This document shows positions 38,790 through 48,656 of a stretch of 64,000 nt of DNA, piece after piece (within the stretch, counting starts at the first letter, position 1; each line of letters begins with the position of its first letter). Below the pieces are notes generated by a model. The model saw only the letters and a list, made by a program, of their open reading frames with translations. It was not told where the DNA came from and searched no databases. This DNA comes from Patescibacteria group bacterium (GTDB lineage: Bacteria > Patescibacteriota > Patescibacteriia > XYB2-FULL-38-15). The position numbers and the translations under genes are program-made. The DNA lies in the NCBI GenBank assembly GCA_041650995.1, contig JBAZJZ010000001.1:71891-135890 (forward strand), written 5' to 3'.

Positions 38790-39791
38790 ATGTATTCATT
38801 TTTTAAAAAAATATTTATTGCCATTAGCGCGATCATAGTCACCGCGGTTTTGTTTATTGCCATTTTATGGCTGCCGTTTTTTAACTCACCGAAAGAAATT
38901 AAATTTGGAGTGAGTTTTAGCAAAACATACGCCGCGGATTATTTGGAATTGGATTGGAAAGAAATGTATCTCGCGATTTTAGATGAATTAAACCCGCCGC
39001 TTTTGCGCCTTCAATCAGATTGGGATAAAACAGAGTTGTCGGAAGGAAATTTTGATTTTTCCGATCTTGATTGGCAAATGACCGAAGCGGAAAAACGGGG
39101 CATTAAAGTATTGCTCGTGGTTGGGCGCCGTCAGCCACACTGGCCAGAGTGCCATATTCCAGAGTGGTTAGCGGATGTGCCAGAAGCAGAAGTTCAAGAC
39201 AGAGCCCTTGAATTTGTAAAAACAACGGTTTTAAGATATAAAGACTCTCCGGTGCTTATGATGTGGCAGGTGGAAAACGAGCCGCTTTTGAATGCTTTTG
39301 GAGAATGTCCTCCGGCAGACATAAATTTTTTGAAACGGGAAATTACTCTCGTGGAATCTTTAGATGATCATCCTATATTGGTTACTGACAGCGGGGAATT
39401 ATCAACTTGGAGAAAAACAGCGCACCTTGGCGATTATTTTGGCACAACAATTTATCGTCGTGTTTATAGCAATTATTGCGGATATTTCCGCCATTTCTTT
39501 GCCCCGGCGTTTTATCGGCTAAAAGCTAAATTAGTCGGCTTGTCCTCGGATAAAATTATTATTTCTGAATTGCAAGCAGAGCCGTGGATGCCGGATGGGA
39601 AAGAGGGCAGAGGAAGCCTTGAGGATCAAAAAAGTGTAATGGATAATGAATTTATAAAAAAACAGATCGAATTTGCCCGTAAAACAGGTTTTTCAGAAGC
39701 TTATATTTGGGGGGTGGAATGGTGGTATTGGATAAAACTTCAGGGAGATGATTCCATTTGGAATATAGGCAAGGACATCTGGCAGCCTTGA
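38790..39791 (+). CDS. Membrane-anchored clan GH-A glycoside hydrolase-like protein
   Basis: WQVENEP (acid/base), SELQAEPW (nucleophile), TDSGE, WGVEWW. Confidence 0.75.
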   Translation: MYSFFKKIFIAISAIIVTAVLFIAILWLPFFNSPKEIKFGVSFSKTYAADYLELDWKEMYLAILDELNPPLLRLQSDWDKTELSEGNFDFSDLDWQMTEAEKRGIKVLLVVGRRQPHWPECHIPEWLADVPEAEVQDRALEFVKTTVLRYKDSPVLMMWQVENEPLLNAFGECPPADINFLKREITLVESLDDHPILVTDSGELSTWRKTAHLGDYFGTTIYRRVYSNYCGYFRHFFAPAFYRLKAKLVGLSSDKIIISELQAEPWMPDGKEGRGSLEDQKSVMDNEFIKKQIEFARKTGFSEAYIWGVEWWYWIKLQGDDSIWNIGKDIWQP

Positions 39792-39869
39792 TTCCCTTTA
39801 CTTTTACTTAAAAAGTGCTATAATTAGATAAAAGTTATACACAGGGCTAATTTTTAACTTTTTAGGACT

Positions 39870-40040
39870 ATGGCCAACGAACCAGTGATAGCTTATTGCG
39901 TAAAATGCAAGGCTAAAAAAGAAATGAAAGACCCCCAAGAGGTGGAAATGAAGGGAAAGGGCGGCGTGACACGAAGAGCCATGACCGGCACCTGCCCAAC
40001 TTGCGGCACAAAGATGTTTAGAATCATGGGTAAAAAATAG
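39870..40040 (+). CDS. Small zinc-ribbon protein (DUF5679-like; not in the ORF track)
   Basis: Read by hand: MANEPVIAYCVKCKAKKEMKDP...GTCPTCGTKMFRIMGKK*. Confidence 0.85.
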   Translation: MANEPVIAYCVKCKAKKEMKDPQEVEMKGKGGVTRRAMTGTCPTCGTKMFRIMGKK

Positions 40041-40338
40041 TAGATTTTGATAGTTTTGACTAAAAAATGCTGAAATTAATTTTTTTCGGCATTTTTTTGG
40101 TTTTAGGAAGCGATGGCTGGGTCGCGATTTAATCTTTTTTTAATTTTTGTAGGTTATAGTTTAGATGAGGGGCAATCGATTGCGAGAGGTTCGTCTTTGG
40201 CGAATCTGCAAATCAAAATTTGCATGCAAAGCAGTGGATTGTCTCTCGCCAAAAGATTCTCTGTTATTAGGGGATTTTTTGTTTTTATGATAAAATAAAG
40301 CAAAAGATAAATTTTATCCCATTTTTGCTTATGCGCTT

Positions 40339-41829
40339 ATGCCATTTTTTAAAATAAAAAAATTAGACTTTGAAACCGGCGGGCGGTGGATTATTGTTTT
40401 GCGTGAAAAAGAGGCTCAAGCTTACGGTATTAGAATGGGCGATAAATTAAAGTTGAAATGGGATAGTCGCGAAACGGTGGTGACAGCTAATTTTACCCAT
40501 GCAAAAGTTGATGAGGGCGAAATCGGGCTTTTTAAGGAAATTTGGAAGCACTATACTTACAAACCCGGAGAAATGGTGGAATTATCCCTGCTTGAACGGC
40601 CGGCCTCAATTGAATCAATTAAGAAAAAACTTTTGGGAGGAGAATTGAATTATAAAGAAATGCGCGCGGTCGTGAAAGACATCGCCGACTATGTTTTGGG
40701 CGATCTTGAAATAACTTATTTTGTCGCTTCCGGTTTTGCCAGAAAATTTTCCAATCGCGAACTTTATTATCTTACAAAGTCTGTCGCGGAAACAGGCGAT
40801 ACGCTTCGCCTTCCGGGTCAGGTGGTAGATAAACATTCAGTCGGCGGTTTACCCGGGAACAGAACAACGATGCTTGTGATTCCAATTATCGCGAGTTTAG
40901 GTTTAAAAATTCCCAAGACTTCTTCGCGAGCGATCACTTCGGCTGCCGGGACAGCCGACACAATGGAGGTTTTGGCGCCCGTGACTTTTCCAATGAAAAA
41001 AATAAAAGAGATTGTGAAAAAAACTAACGCTTGCATTGCTTGGGGCGGAGGAACGCGGATTGCTCCGGCTGATGATAGAATCATTAAAGTTTCTTATCCG
41101 CTGTCTCTTGAGCCATATACAAAAATGATTGTTTCCGTGATGGCGAAAAAAGTGGCCATGGGAGTGAAACATTTAGTGATTGATTTGCCGGTTGGCCCGA
41201 CAGCCAAAATTCACCGTGTCTCCGATGCCAAAAAAATTGAACGAATAATGAAATATTTGGCCAAAAGATTTGGCATTAAAATAAAAGTTGATATTAATGA
41301 AGCCTTGAAGCCGATTGGTCGCGGCGTTGGGCCGGCGCTTGAAGCGCGAGATGTTTTGCGCGTGCTACAGAGAAAAGAACATCGGCCGCTCGACTTGGAA
41401 GAAAAAGCATTGGAACTTGCGGGTGAACTTTTGGATTTGGTGGGATTTACGAAAAAAGGAGAGGGTTACGACGCTGCCGCGGGAGCGCTTCGAAGCGGTA
41501 AGGCCTGGAAAAAAATGCAGGAAATAATTCTGGCCCAGGGAGGAAAGGCAAATATCGATGCGGAAGAAGTTGTTTTAAGCGATAAAATTTTAAAAATTAA
41601 AGCAAAAACCGACGGTCAGATTGCCAGTTTTGACAATAAGGCCATTGTGGCGATTTGCCGAATTTTGGGAGCGCCCTCTTGCAAAATTGCGGGAATTTAC
41701 TTAAATAAGGTGATGGGAGACCGGGTAAGAAGAGGAGATGTGCTTTTTACGATGTACGGAGAAAGCGAAGATAGGCTTGTCTTAGCGGAAAAGGCTCTTG
41801 GAAAAAACGAGGTTTTAAAAATAAAATAA
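40339..41829 (+). CDS. AMP phosphorylase / thymidine phosphorylase family (archaeal type)
   Basis: N-terminal extension; DKHSVGGLPGNRTT, PKTSSRAITSAAGTAD, PIGRGVGPALEA. Confidence 0.9.
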   Translation: MPFFKIKKLDFETGGRWIIVLREKEAQAYGIRMGDKLKLKWDSRETVVTANFTHAKVDEGEIGLFKEIWKHYTYKPGEMVELSLLERPASIESIKKKLLGGELNYKEMRAVVKDIADYVLGDLEITYFVASGFARKFSNRELYYLTKSVAETGDTLRLPGQVVDKHSVGGLPGNRTTMLVIPIIASLGLKIPKTSSRAITSAAGTADTMEVLAPVTFPMKKIKEIVKKTNACIAWGGGTRIAPADDRIIKVSYPLSLEPYTKMIVSVMAKKVAMGVKHLVIDLPVGPTAKIHRVSDAKKIERIMKYLAKRFGIKIKVDINEALKPIGRGVGPALEARDVLRVLQRKEHRPLDLEEKALELAGELLDLVGFTKKGEGYDAAAGALRSGKAWKKMQEIILAQGGKANIDAEEVVLSDKILKIKAKTDGQIASFDNKAIVAICRILGAPSCKIAGIYLNKVMGDRVRRGDVLFTMYGESEDRLVLAEKALGKNEVLKIK

Positions 41830-41871
41830 TAGCTAACTAAAACGGCAAAAATCATTAAATTTTTTTAGTTT

Positions 41872-42582
41872 ATGAGTATATTTAAGAAAATTTTTAAGGG
41901 CAATACCTTGTATTATCCGGGATGCCTTTCCAAATTTGTGGCAAAAGAATTGGTGGAAAATTATCGCCGGATTTTGCGCGAGGCTGGAGTTGATTTTATT
42001 GAACTTTCCGACCTTGAGGTTTGTTGCGGTTCGCCAGCGCTTAAAGCCGGCTATACCGACGATTTTAGAAAATTGGCGGAAAAGAATTTACAAATTTTCA
42101 AAGATCATTCGGTTGATAAAATTGTTACCCATTGCCCGGCGTGTTTTATGATTTTTAAAAAAGAATATCCCAAAGTTTTGGGGGAGAAGTGGGATATTGA
42201 AGTAGCGCACGCGACGGAAATTTTAAATCAGAAAACAAAAAAATCAGAAAGCATAAAAGGCGCGGTTACGTATCACGACCCATGCCACCTTGGCCGACAG
42301 ATGGGAGTTTACGAGCCGCCGCGAGAGATTATTAAATCTTTGGGTTATGAAATAAAAGAAATGGAATTAGCTGGTAAGGAAAGTTTTTGCTGCGGCGGGG
42401 GCGGGGGAGTCCAAGCAAACGAATCGGAGTTGGCCGATAAAATTGCCAAAGACAGAATCGCTATGGCGAAAAAAATCGGCGCGAATATTTTGGTTACGCC
42501 CTGCCCGCTTTGCTATATGCATTTGAAGAAAAATTCAGAAGGAGAAGATATTGATGTTAAAGAATTATCCCATTTGATGTAA
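41872..42582 (+). CDS. CCG-domain Fe-S protein (LutA/GlcF/HdrB-like)
   Basis: YYPGC, CCG, CPAC, YHDPCHLGR, CCGGGGG, CPLC. Confidence 0.88.
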   Translation: MSIFKKIFKGNTLYYPGCLSKFVAKELVENYRRILREAGVDFIELSDLEVCCGSPALKAGYTDDFRKLAEKNLQIFKDHSVDKIVTHCPACFMIFKKEYPKVLGEKWDIEVAHATEILNQKTKKSESIKGAVTYHDPCHLGRQMGVYEPPREIIKSLGYEIKEMELAGKESFCCGGGGGVQANESELADKIAKDRIAMAKKIGANILVTPCPLCYMHLKKNSEGEDIDVKELSHLM

Positions 42583-42584
42583 AT

Positions 42585-43841
42585 ATGCAAAAAGAATTTT
42601 TATCAAAAGAAACAAAAGAAAATATTTGGAAAGTTGTTTTTGAGTACAAAGCCAAGCGAGAAAAAACTTTGGCTGATTTAGGATTGGATCCGGAAAAATT
42701 CCGCGATGAATTTAGAAAAATGAAAGAGGATGCTTTTCGTGATATGGAAAATTTGCGGCGTCGAGCCATAGCCAATTTAGAAAAAAATGGAATAAAAGTT
42801 TTTGAGACAAAGGGCCCTGCCGAGGCGCAGAAGATTTTAAGAGATCTGACTGCTGGCGAAGAGATGATCATCAAATCAAAAACTTCCGCGGCCGACGAAA
42901 TTGACGTAGATAAAATTTTGGGAGAAAAGCTTGTGAGTACCGATCTTGGAGACTTTATTATGAGTGTGGCAAAAGTTCGCGATATGCATCCTGTTTTCCC
43001 GGCCTATCATTTATCTCCAAAACAAATTTCAGAAATTATAAAAAACAAATTCGGCGTTGACGTCACTCCTGACGCCAAAAGCATCGCCGTTTTTGCGAGA
43101 AAATATCTGCGGGAAAAAATGGTTTCGGCTGGAGCAGGCATCACGGGCGCAAATGTCATAACTGCTGATGGTCGAATTGTAGTTTTGGAAAACGAAGGAA
43201 ATATTTCTTTGGTTTCTCGTTTGCCGGCGAAGCACATTATAATTTCCGGTTGGGAAAAGATTGTGCCGACCATGGAGGACGCCATGAAAGTCGTTCGGGC
43301 CGCTGCCGTCTGGGGAACCGGGCAAGACTGGCCGGTTTATGTTTCCATAATTTCCGGGCCATCCAAAACCGCTGATATTCAAAATGAACTCGTGGTTGGA
43401 GCGCAAGGTGCCAAAGAAGTCTATTTAATTTTATTGGATAACGGCCGAGAAAAAATAATGGAAGATGGTTTTGAAGAATTACTGTATTGCATTAACTGCG
43501 GCGCTTGTTTGAATTTTTGTCCGGCATATCACGAACTTGGGACAAAATACGGCGATAAATATTTAGGAAGTAAGGGGATTATTTTATCGGCGTTTATGGC
43601 CGAACTTTTACGTGCTAAAGAATCGGGTTGTTATTCCTGCACGCTTTGCTCAGCTTGCCAAGAAAATTGTCCCGTAAAAATTGATTTGCCCGGTATGATG
43701 AAAAAAATCAGGACCAAGTTGAACGCGGAAAATTTAGAAACCGGCGAAAATAAAAAAATGATTGGAAACACGCGCGAGTTTGGCAATCCATTTGGCGAAC
43801 TCTCTGAGGACGGTACGCCGAAGGAACTTTATTGTTGCTAA
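42585..43841 (+). CDS. LUD-domain / 4Fe-4S protein (LutB-like)
   Basis: TDLGDFI, TGAN, ENEGNI, ISGPSKTADI, CINCGACLNFCP, CTLCSACQENCP. Confidence 0.88.
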   Translation: MQKEFLSKETKENIWKVVFEYKAKREKTLADLGLDPEKFRDEFRKMKEDAFRDMENLRRRAIANLEKNGIKVFETKGPAEAQKILRDLTAGEEMIIKSKTSAADEIDVDKILGEKLVSTDLGDFIMSVAKVRDMHPVFPAYHLSPKQISEIIKNKFGVDVTPDAKSIAVFARKYLREKMVSAGAGITGANVITADGRIVVLENEGNISLVSRLPAKHIIISGWEKIVPTMEDAMKVVRAAAVWGTGQDWPVYVSIISGPSKTADIQNELVVGAQGAKEVYLILLDNGREKIMEDGFEELLYCINCGACLNFCPAYHELGTKYGDKYLGSKGIILSAFMAELLRAKESGCYSCTLCSACQENCPVKIDLPGMMKKIRTKLNAENLETGENKKMIGNTREFGNPFGELSEDGTPKELYCC

Positions 43842-43909
43842 AAGGTTAATACGTTTTTTAAAAAAACACGGCCGTTGAGCCGTGTTTTAAATTTATTTTT
43901 TTAATTTTT

Positions 43910-44905
43910 TCAAGATAGATAATTTAAGAAAATTGTGGCGATCAAAAAGTAAATAAGAAGACTTGAAATGTCTCTGACAATTGTGGCGAAAGGACCGCTT
44001 GTTATTGCCGGATCAAGTTTTATTTTTAAAAACAAAGAGGGGAGAAGGATAGCGACAATAATAGCGATAATAATGGTTGTAAAAAAGGAAAGGGCCAGGA
44101 CAAGGCCGACAAGCAATAATTTATACCAAAGCAAACCGACCACACCCATTATAAGGGCCAGAACTAGAGCCAGGGAAAGGCCGACTTTTATTTCTCTTAA
44201 AATGTATTTTTTAAAATTTAATTTGTGATCAATCGCTAAACTCCTGATGTAAAGAGTCTGGGTTTGGGCACCAACGGCGTCGGCAATATAAACAATTGAT
44301 GGTATAAAAGCTGCGAAAATTAATTGAATTTTTAAAATTTCAGTAAAAGAATTTACAATAAAAGCGGCGATGGTCCCACCAGCAAGACCGAGAATTAGCC
44401 ATGGCAACCTTTTTTTAAAATGCAGGAGAGCTGGTGCTTGAATTATACTTACGGCCGGATCCTTGAATTTGTGGATACCAGCTGAAAGTAGAGCATCTTC
44501 AACATTTTCATTATGCAAAATCCCCAAAATCATATCAGATGGTACGACTCCAAGAAAATTATTTTCTTTATCAACGATGGGAATAGCTTTTAAATTGTTT
44601 TTTAGAGCTAAAAGAGCAACCCTTTCCGGTTTAGTGTGGAGATGGGCCTTAATAACATCACTAGTTAAAATATCTGAAATTTTTGTTTCGCAAGATTTTT
44701 GGAAAATTTTTTTTATAGAAAAAACGCCCACAAGTTTATTTGTGGCGTCCATTACATAAATATAATTTATTGTTTGAAATTGCCCCATTTTTTCTTGAAG
44801 CAATTTTAAAGCATCGTCTAAAGTTTGACTGGGGCGGATAATGGGCACTAGTTGTTTATCTATCATTTTTCCACCTGCTGAATTTTTTGGATAAATTTCA
44901 GGCAT
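43910..44905 (-). CDS. mgtE: Magnesium transporter MgtE (CBS pair + TM domain)
   Basis: CBS domains, KRLPWL, GAQTQT, DPA..SGPFATIVRD. Confidence 0.88.
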   Translation of the reverse strand: MPEIYPKNSAGGKMIDKQLVPIIRPSQTLDDALKLLQEKMGQFQTINYIYVMDATNKLVGVFSIKKIFQKSCETKISDILTSDVIKAHLHTKPERVALLALKNNLKAIPIVDKENNFLGVVPSDMILGILHNENVEDALLSAGIHKFKDPAVSIIQAPALLHFKKRLPWLILGLAGGTIAAFIVNSFTEILKIQLIFAAFIPSIVYIADAVGAQTQTLYIRSLAIDHKLNFKKYILREIKVGLSLALVLALIMGVVGLLWYKLLLVGLVLALSFFTTIIIAIIVAILLPSLFLKIKLDPAITSGPFATIVRDISSLLIYFLIATIFLNYLS

Positions 44906-44929
44906 AACTTTAGAAAAGTTAGATCGAAG

Positions 44930-45003
44930 TCGGGGTGGAGGGATTCGCACCCTCGATCTCACGGTCCCGAACCGTGCGCCTTAGACTACTGGGCCACACC
45001 CCG
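44930..45003 (-). tRNA. tRNA-Pro(CGG)
   Basis: Reverse complement CGGGGTG...CACCCCG-A, anticodon loop TTCGGGA. Confidence 0.92.
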
Positions 45004-45126
45004 TTAGAAATAAAAGACCGCGAAAGGTCTTAAAATTATTATACAAGATAATTTTTTTTTCGTAAACCCCAGTCACTTCACTAAAATATAAATAAAGAGT
45101 AAAATATATATACCTAAAATAACTTT

Positions 45127-46386
45127 ATGCAAGACCTATTTGACGGAAAATTAAATCAAGATTTAGCCAAAAACGCGCCACTCGCGGATCGCCTTAGGCC
45201 CGAGTTGCTTGATGAGTTTGAGGGACAGGAGGACTTGGTTGGCCCGGACAAAATGCTCCGCAATTTGATTCAAAACGACGAAATTCCTTCAATGATTTTT
45301 TGGGGTCCGCCTGGTTCTGGTAAAACAACTCTCGCCCGGATTATTGCAAAAATGACAAAATCCGAATTTATTCAGATGTCGGCGACGGCTTCGGGGCTGG
45401 CTGATCTGCGGAAAATTGTTTCCGCGGCGCAAAGCGGGCGAAAGTTTAATAACCGCCGGACAATTTTATTTATTGATGAAATCCACCGCTGGAATAAATC
45501 GCAACAAGATTCGCTTTTGCCGTACGTGGAAAACGGAACAATTACTTTAATCGGCGCGACCACGGAAAATCCATCATTTGAAGTTAACTCCGCCCTACTT
45601 TCCCGCTCGCGGGTTTTTGTTTTAAAATCTTTAGCCACAGAAAATATAAAAAATATTTTGAAGCGGGCGATTTCCGACAAGGTTCGCGGTTATGGAACAC
45701 TTGACGTGCAGATTCTTGACAAGACTCTCGACTATTTGGCTGGAGTAGCCAATGGTGACGCGCGGATTGCCTTGAATGCCTTGGAGTTTGCAGTGAAGGC
45801 TTCTCGAAAAGTAGATCAAAAAATGATACAATTAAATCAGGAAATGATTCGCGAAGCGTTGCAAAAAACTCATTTACTTTACGACCGGGCCGGCGAAGAA
45901 CATTTCAATATTATTTCCGCGCTTCATAAATCAATGCGAGGTTCGGATGCCGACGCGGCTCTTTATTGGCTTGGCCGGATGGTTGAGGCAGGGGAAGATC
46001 CGCTCTATATTGCCCGCCGTTTAGTTCGTTTCGCTTCGGAGGATATTGGCCTGGCTGATCCGCAGGCCTTGGTGCAAGCGACGACGGCTTACACCGCTTG
46101 CCATTATTTGGGTATGCCGGAATGCAACGTGATTTTGGCGCAAGCCGTGGCATATCTTTCTCGCGCTCCGAAGTCAAATGAACTTTATACTGCTTACGGC
46201 GAAGTCCAGCGTGATATCCGGGAAACGGAAAACGAACCAGTGCCGCTACATTTGCGGAATGCTCCGACAGACTTGATGAAAGATTTGGGATATGGAAAAG
46301 GATATAAATATAATCCAAATTTTAAAGAGCCGGTGCAGCAAGATTATTTTCCACTAAAATTAAAAGGAAGAAAATATTTAAAATAA
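45127..46386 (+). CDS. rarA: Replication-associated recombination protein A (MgsA)
   Basis: PLADRLRP, WGPPGSGKT, DEIHR, ATTENPSF, ISALHKS.RGSD, VPLHLRNA. Confidence 0.95.
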   Translation: MQDLFDGKLNQDLAKNAPLADRLRPELLDEFEGQEDLVGPDKMLRNLIQNDEIPSMIFWGPPGSGKTTLARIIAKMTKSEFIQMSATASGLADLRKIVSAAQSGRKFNNRRTILFIDEIHRWNKSQQDSLLPYVENGTITLIGATTENPSFEVNSALLSRSRVFVLKSLATENIKNILKRAISDKVRGYGTLDVQILDKTLDYLAGVANGDARIALNALEFAVKASRKVDQKMIQLNQEMIREALQKTHLLYDRAGEEHFNIISALHKSMRGSDADAALYWLGRMVEAGEDPLYIARRLVRFASEDIGLADPQALVQATTAYTACHYLGMPECNVILAQAVAYLSRAPKSNELYTAYGEVQRDIRETENEPVPLHLRNAPTDLMKDLGYGKGYKYNPNFKEPVQQDYFPLKLKGRKYLK

Positions 46387-46399
46387 TAAATTGAAGTCT

Positions 46400-46729
46400 A
46401 TGACTGATGAAAAATGGCTGGATACAGTTTCCATATTAAAAGATAAATTTCCGATCTTGGAGGAGGGGAAAGAAGATCTGCCCGAGGAAGTTGGCCGGGG
46501 CTTTCGCGAATTTGTGATTTTCAACGGACCGTTCGGCAAAATGAAAATTGAGCGGACGACCAAGGCTATTGTCACCGGCAAAAAAACTTTAGGCTCGAAA
46601 AGAATGGGAAGTCAGGCGGCGGTGGAATACGTTTATTCCGATACGGAAAAAAGCCAGAAATTTAAAGCTTATAAATGGGATGATGGGCAAAATGATTGGA
46701 CGGAGATTACTTTAGAAGGAAGTTTATGA
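46400..46729 (+). CDS. Hypothetical protein
   Basis: Clean ORF overlapping the PBP start. Confidence 0.65.
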   Translation: MTDEKWLDTVSILKDKFPILEEGKEDLPEEVGRGFREFVIFNGPFGKMKIERTTKAIVTGKKTLGSKRMGSQAAVEYVYSDTEKSQKFKAYKWDDGQNDWTEITLEGSL

Positions 46730-48564
46730 GTAGATTCAGAAAGAGAAAAAAATTTCGCGAAAGGGCGAGCGAGGGAGATCGCCGTTTAAAAATTATCAAG
46801 ATAGTTATTTTTTTATTCGCGGGAGTGATTGCTCTTCGCCTTTTTAGTTTACAGGTTTTGAATAATGATTTTTATTCCGCTCTCGCCGCCGGACAGCACG
46901 ATATTTACAAAGCGATTTTTCCCGAGCGCGGAAGAATTTTGATGCAGGAAACCGGTGGCAGCAACACGTCGCAAGATGAAAAACTGTATCCCTTGGCCAC
47001 GAATCAATCATTATACCTTATCTATGTTGATCCTCGTAAAATAGAAAATGCCGAAGAATTATCAAAAAAATTAGTTGATATCTTGTACGTGAGAGAGAAA
47101 AAAGAAGGCGAAAGGTTGACGGCGGAAGAAATTGAAGCAGTGGAAAAATCGGAAAAAGAAAAGTTGGGAGAAGAATTTTTGGCAAAATTAAAAAAAGAAA
47201 ATGATCCATACGAACCCCTGCGCCATGGGGTGGCAGAGGTGACGCTTGAAAAAATCAAGGAACTTGGGGCAGGGGGAGTCGGCTATATTGAAGAGGAGGC
47301 GCGTTATTATCCGGAAAATAATTTGGGCAGTCATTTTTTGGGATTTGTTGGGACAAAAGATAATAAAAAAATTGGGCAATACGGACTTGAAGGTTATTTT
47401 GAAGAAGAGCTTGGCGGCGTTCAAGGTTTTCTTTCATCGGAAAAAGACGTGGGCGGCCGATGGATTCCGGTTTCCGGGCGGGAATGGCAAAAGGCCGAGG
47501 ACGGCGCGGATATTGTTATTACCATCGATAGAAATATTGAATATTTCGCCTGCGGAAAATTGAAAGAAGCTGTGGAGCGTCATGGCGCGGACGGCGGTTC
47601 GGTGATAATTATGGATCCGAAAACTGGGGCGATTCTCGCGATGTGTTCTTATCCGGATTTTAACCCAAATGAATATGCCAAAGTAGAAGACATTAATATT
47701 TATAACAATCCAACGATTTTTTCTCAGTACGAACCAGGATCAATTTTCAAAGCCATAACTATTGCCGCGGCGTTGGACGTGGGAAAAATTACGCCGACGA
47801 CCACTTATGTTGACGAGGGAGAAATAAAAGTTGATGATCGCACGATTAAAAATTCCGATTTGAAAGCGCATGGGGTGCAAACAATGACGCAGGTTTTAGA
47901 TGAATCATTAAATACCGGCGCGGTTTTTGCTGTTAATACAATTGGTCCAGAGGTTTTTAAAAAATACGTAGAAGATTTCGGATTTGGAACGCGGACAGGG
48001 ATTGAGTTGGATTTTGAAAATCCTGGTAGTATTAGTTCTTTGGGTAAAAAGGGAAAAATTTGGAGCGCCACAGGATCGTTTGGCCAAGGGATTTCCGTCA
48101 CGCCGATTCAGGTTGTAACCGCTTTTTCAGCGATCGCGAACGGCGGAAAATTGGTTAAGCCATACATTGTTGACCGAATTATAAAAAGTGATGGTGCAAT
48201 AATAAAAACCGAGCCGAAAATTATCCATCAGGCGATCTCTGGGAGAACATCAGCTCTTTTGGGAGGAATGCTTGTTTCCGTGGTGGAAAACGGCCATGGC
48301 AAGCGGGCTGGCGTTTCCGGATACTACGTGGCGGGAAAAACCGGTACGGCCCAAGTCGCGAAAAGAGATGGAAGCGGCTATGAAAAAGATGTCACCATCG
48401 GCTCATTTGTCGGCTTCGCGCCAGTGGAAGATCCGAAATTTGTTATGTTGACAAAGATAGATCATCCTCGCACCACTATCTGGGCCGAAGCTACGGCCGC
48501 GCCGCTATTTGGCGAAATTGCTAAATTTGTGCTAAACTATATGAAAGTACCTCCAAGCAGGTAA
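46726..48564 (+). CDS. ftsI: Class B penicillin-binding protein (FtsI-like)
   Basis: ERGRI, RYYP, GLE, EPGSIFK (SxxK), SLN, KTGTAQ. Confidence 0.85.
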   Translation: MSRFRKRKKFRERASEGDRRLKIIKIVIFLFAGVIALRLFSLQVLNNDFYSALAAGQHDIYKAIFPERGRILMQETGGSNTSQDEKLYPLATNQSLYLIYVDPRKIENAEELSKKLVDILYVREKKEGERLTAEEIEAVEKSEKEKLGEEFLAKLKKENDPYEPLRHGVAEVTLEKIKELGAGGVGYIEEEARYYPENNLGSHFLGFVGTKDNKKIGQYGLEGYFEEELGGVQGFLSSEKDVGGRWIPVSGREWQKAEDGADIVITIDRNIEYFACGKLKEAVERHGADGGSVIIMDPKTGAILAMCSYPDFNPNEYAKVEDINIYNNPTIFSQYEPGSIFKAITIAAALDVGKITPTTTYVDEGEIKVDDRTIKNSDLKAHGVQTMTQVLDESLNTGAVFAVNTIGPEVFKKYVEDFGFGTRTGIELDFENPGSISSLGKKGKIWSATGSFGQGISVTPIQVVTAFSAIANGGKLVKPYIVDRIIKSDGAIIKTEPKIIHQAISGRTSALLGGMLVSVVENGHGKRAGVSGYYVAGKTGTAQVAKRDGSGYEKDVTIGSFVGFAPVEDPKFVMLTKIDHPRTTIWAEATAAPLFGEIAKFVLNYMKVPPSR

Positions 48565-48656
48565 TTTTGAATTATTAGCGATGTAAGGTGAGAGAAAAAA
48601 TGTTTACATTTTTTCCGAGCCGAGGAGCTAATCTGTGTTTACATATAAATTCATTT

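Noticed and set aside
39835-39843. DnaA box TTATACACA suggesting oriC
   Set aside because: Single box, with no cluster and no dnaA nearby
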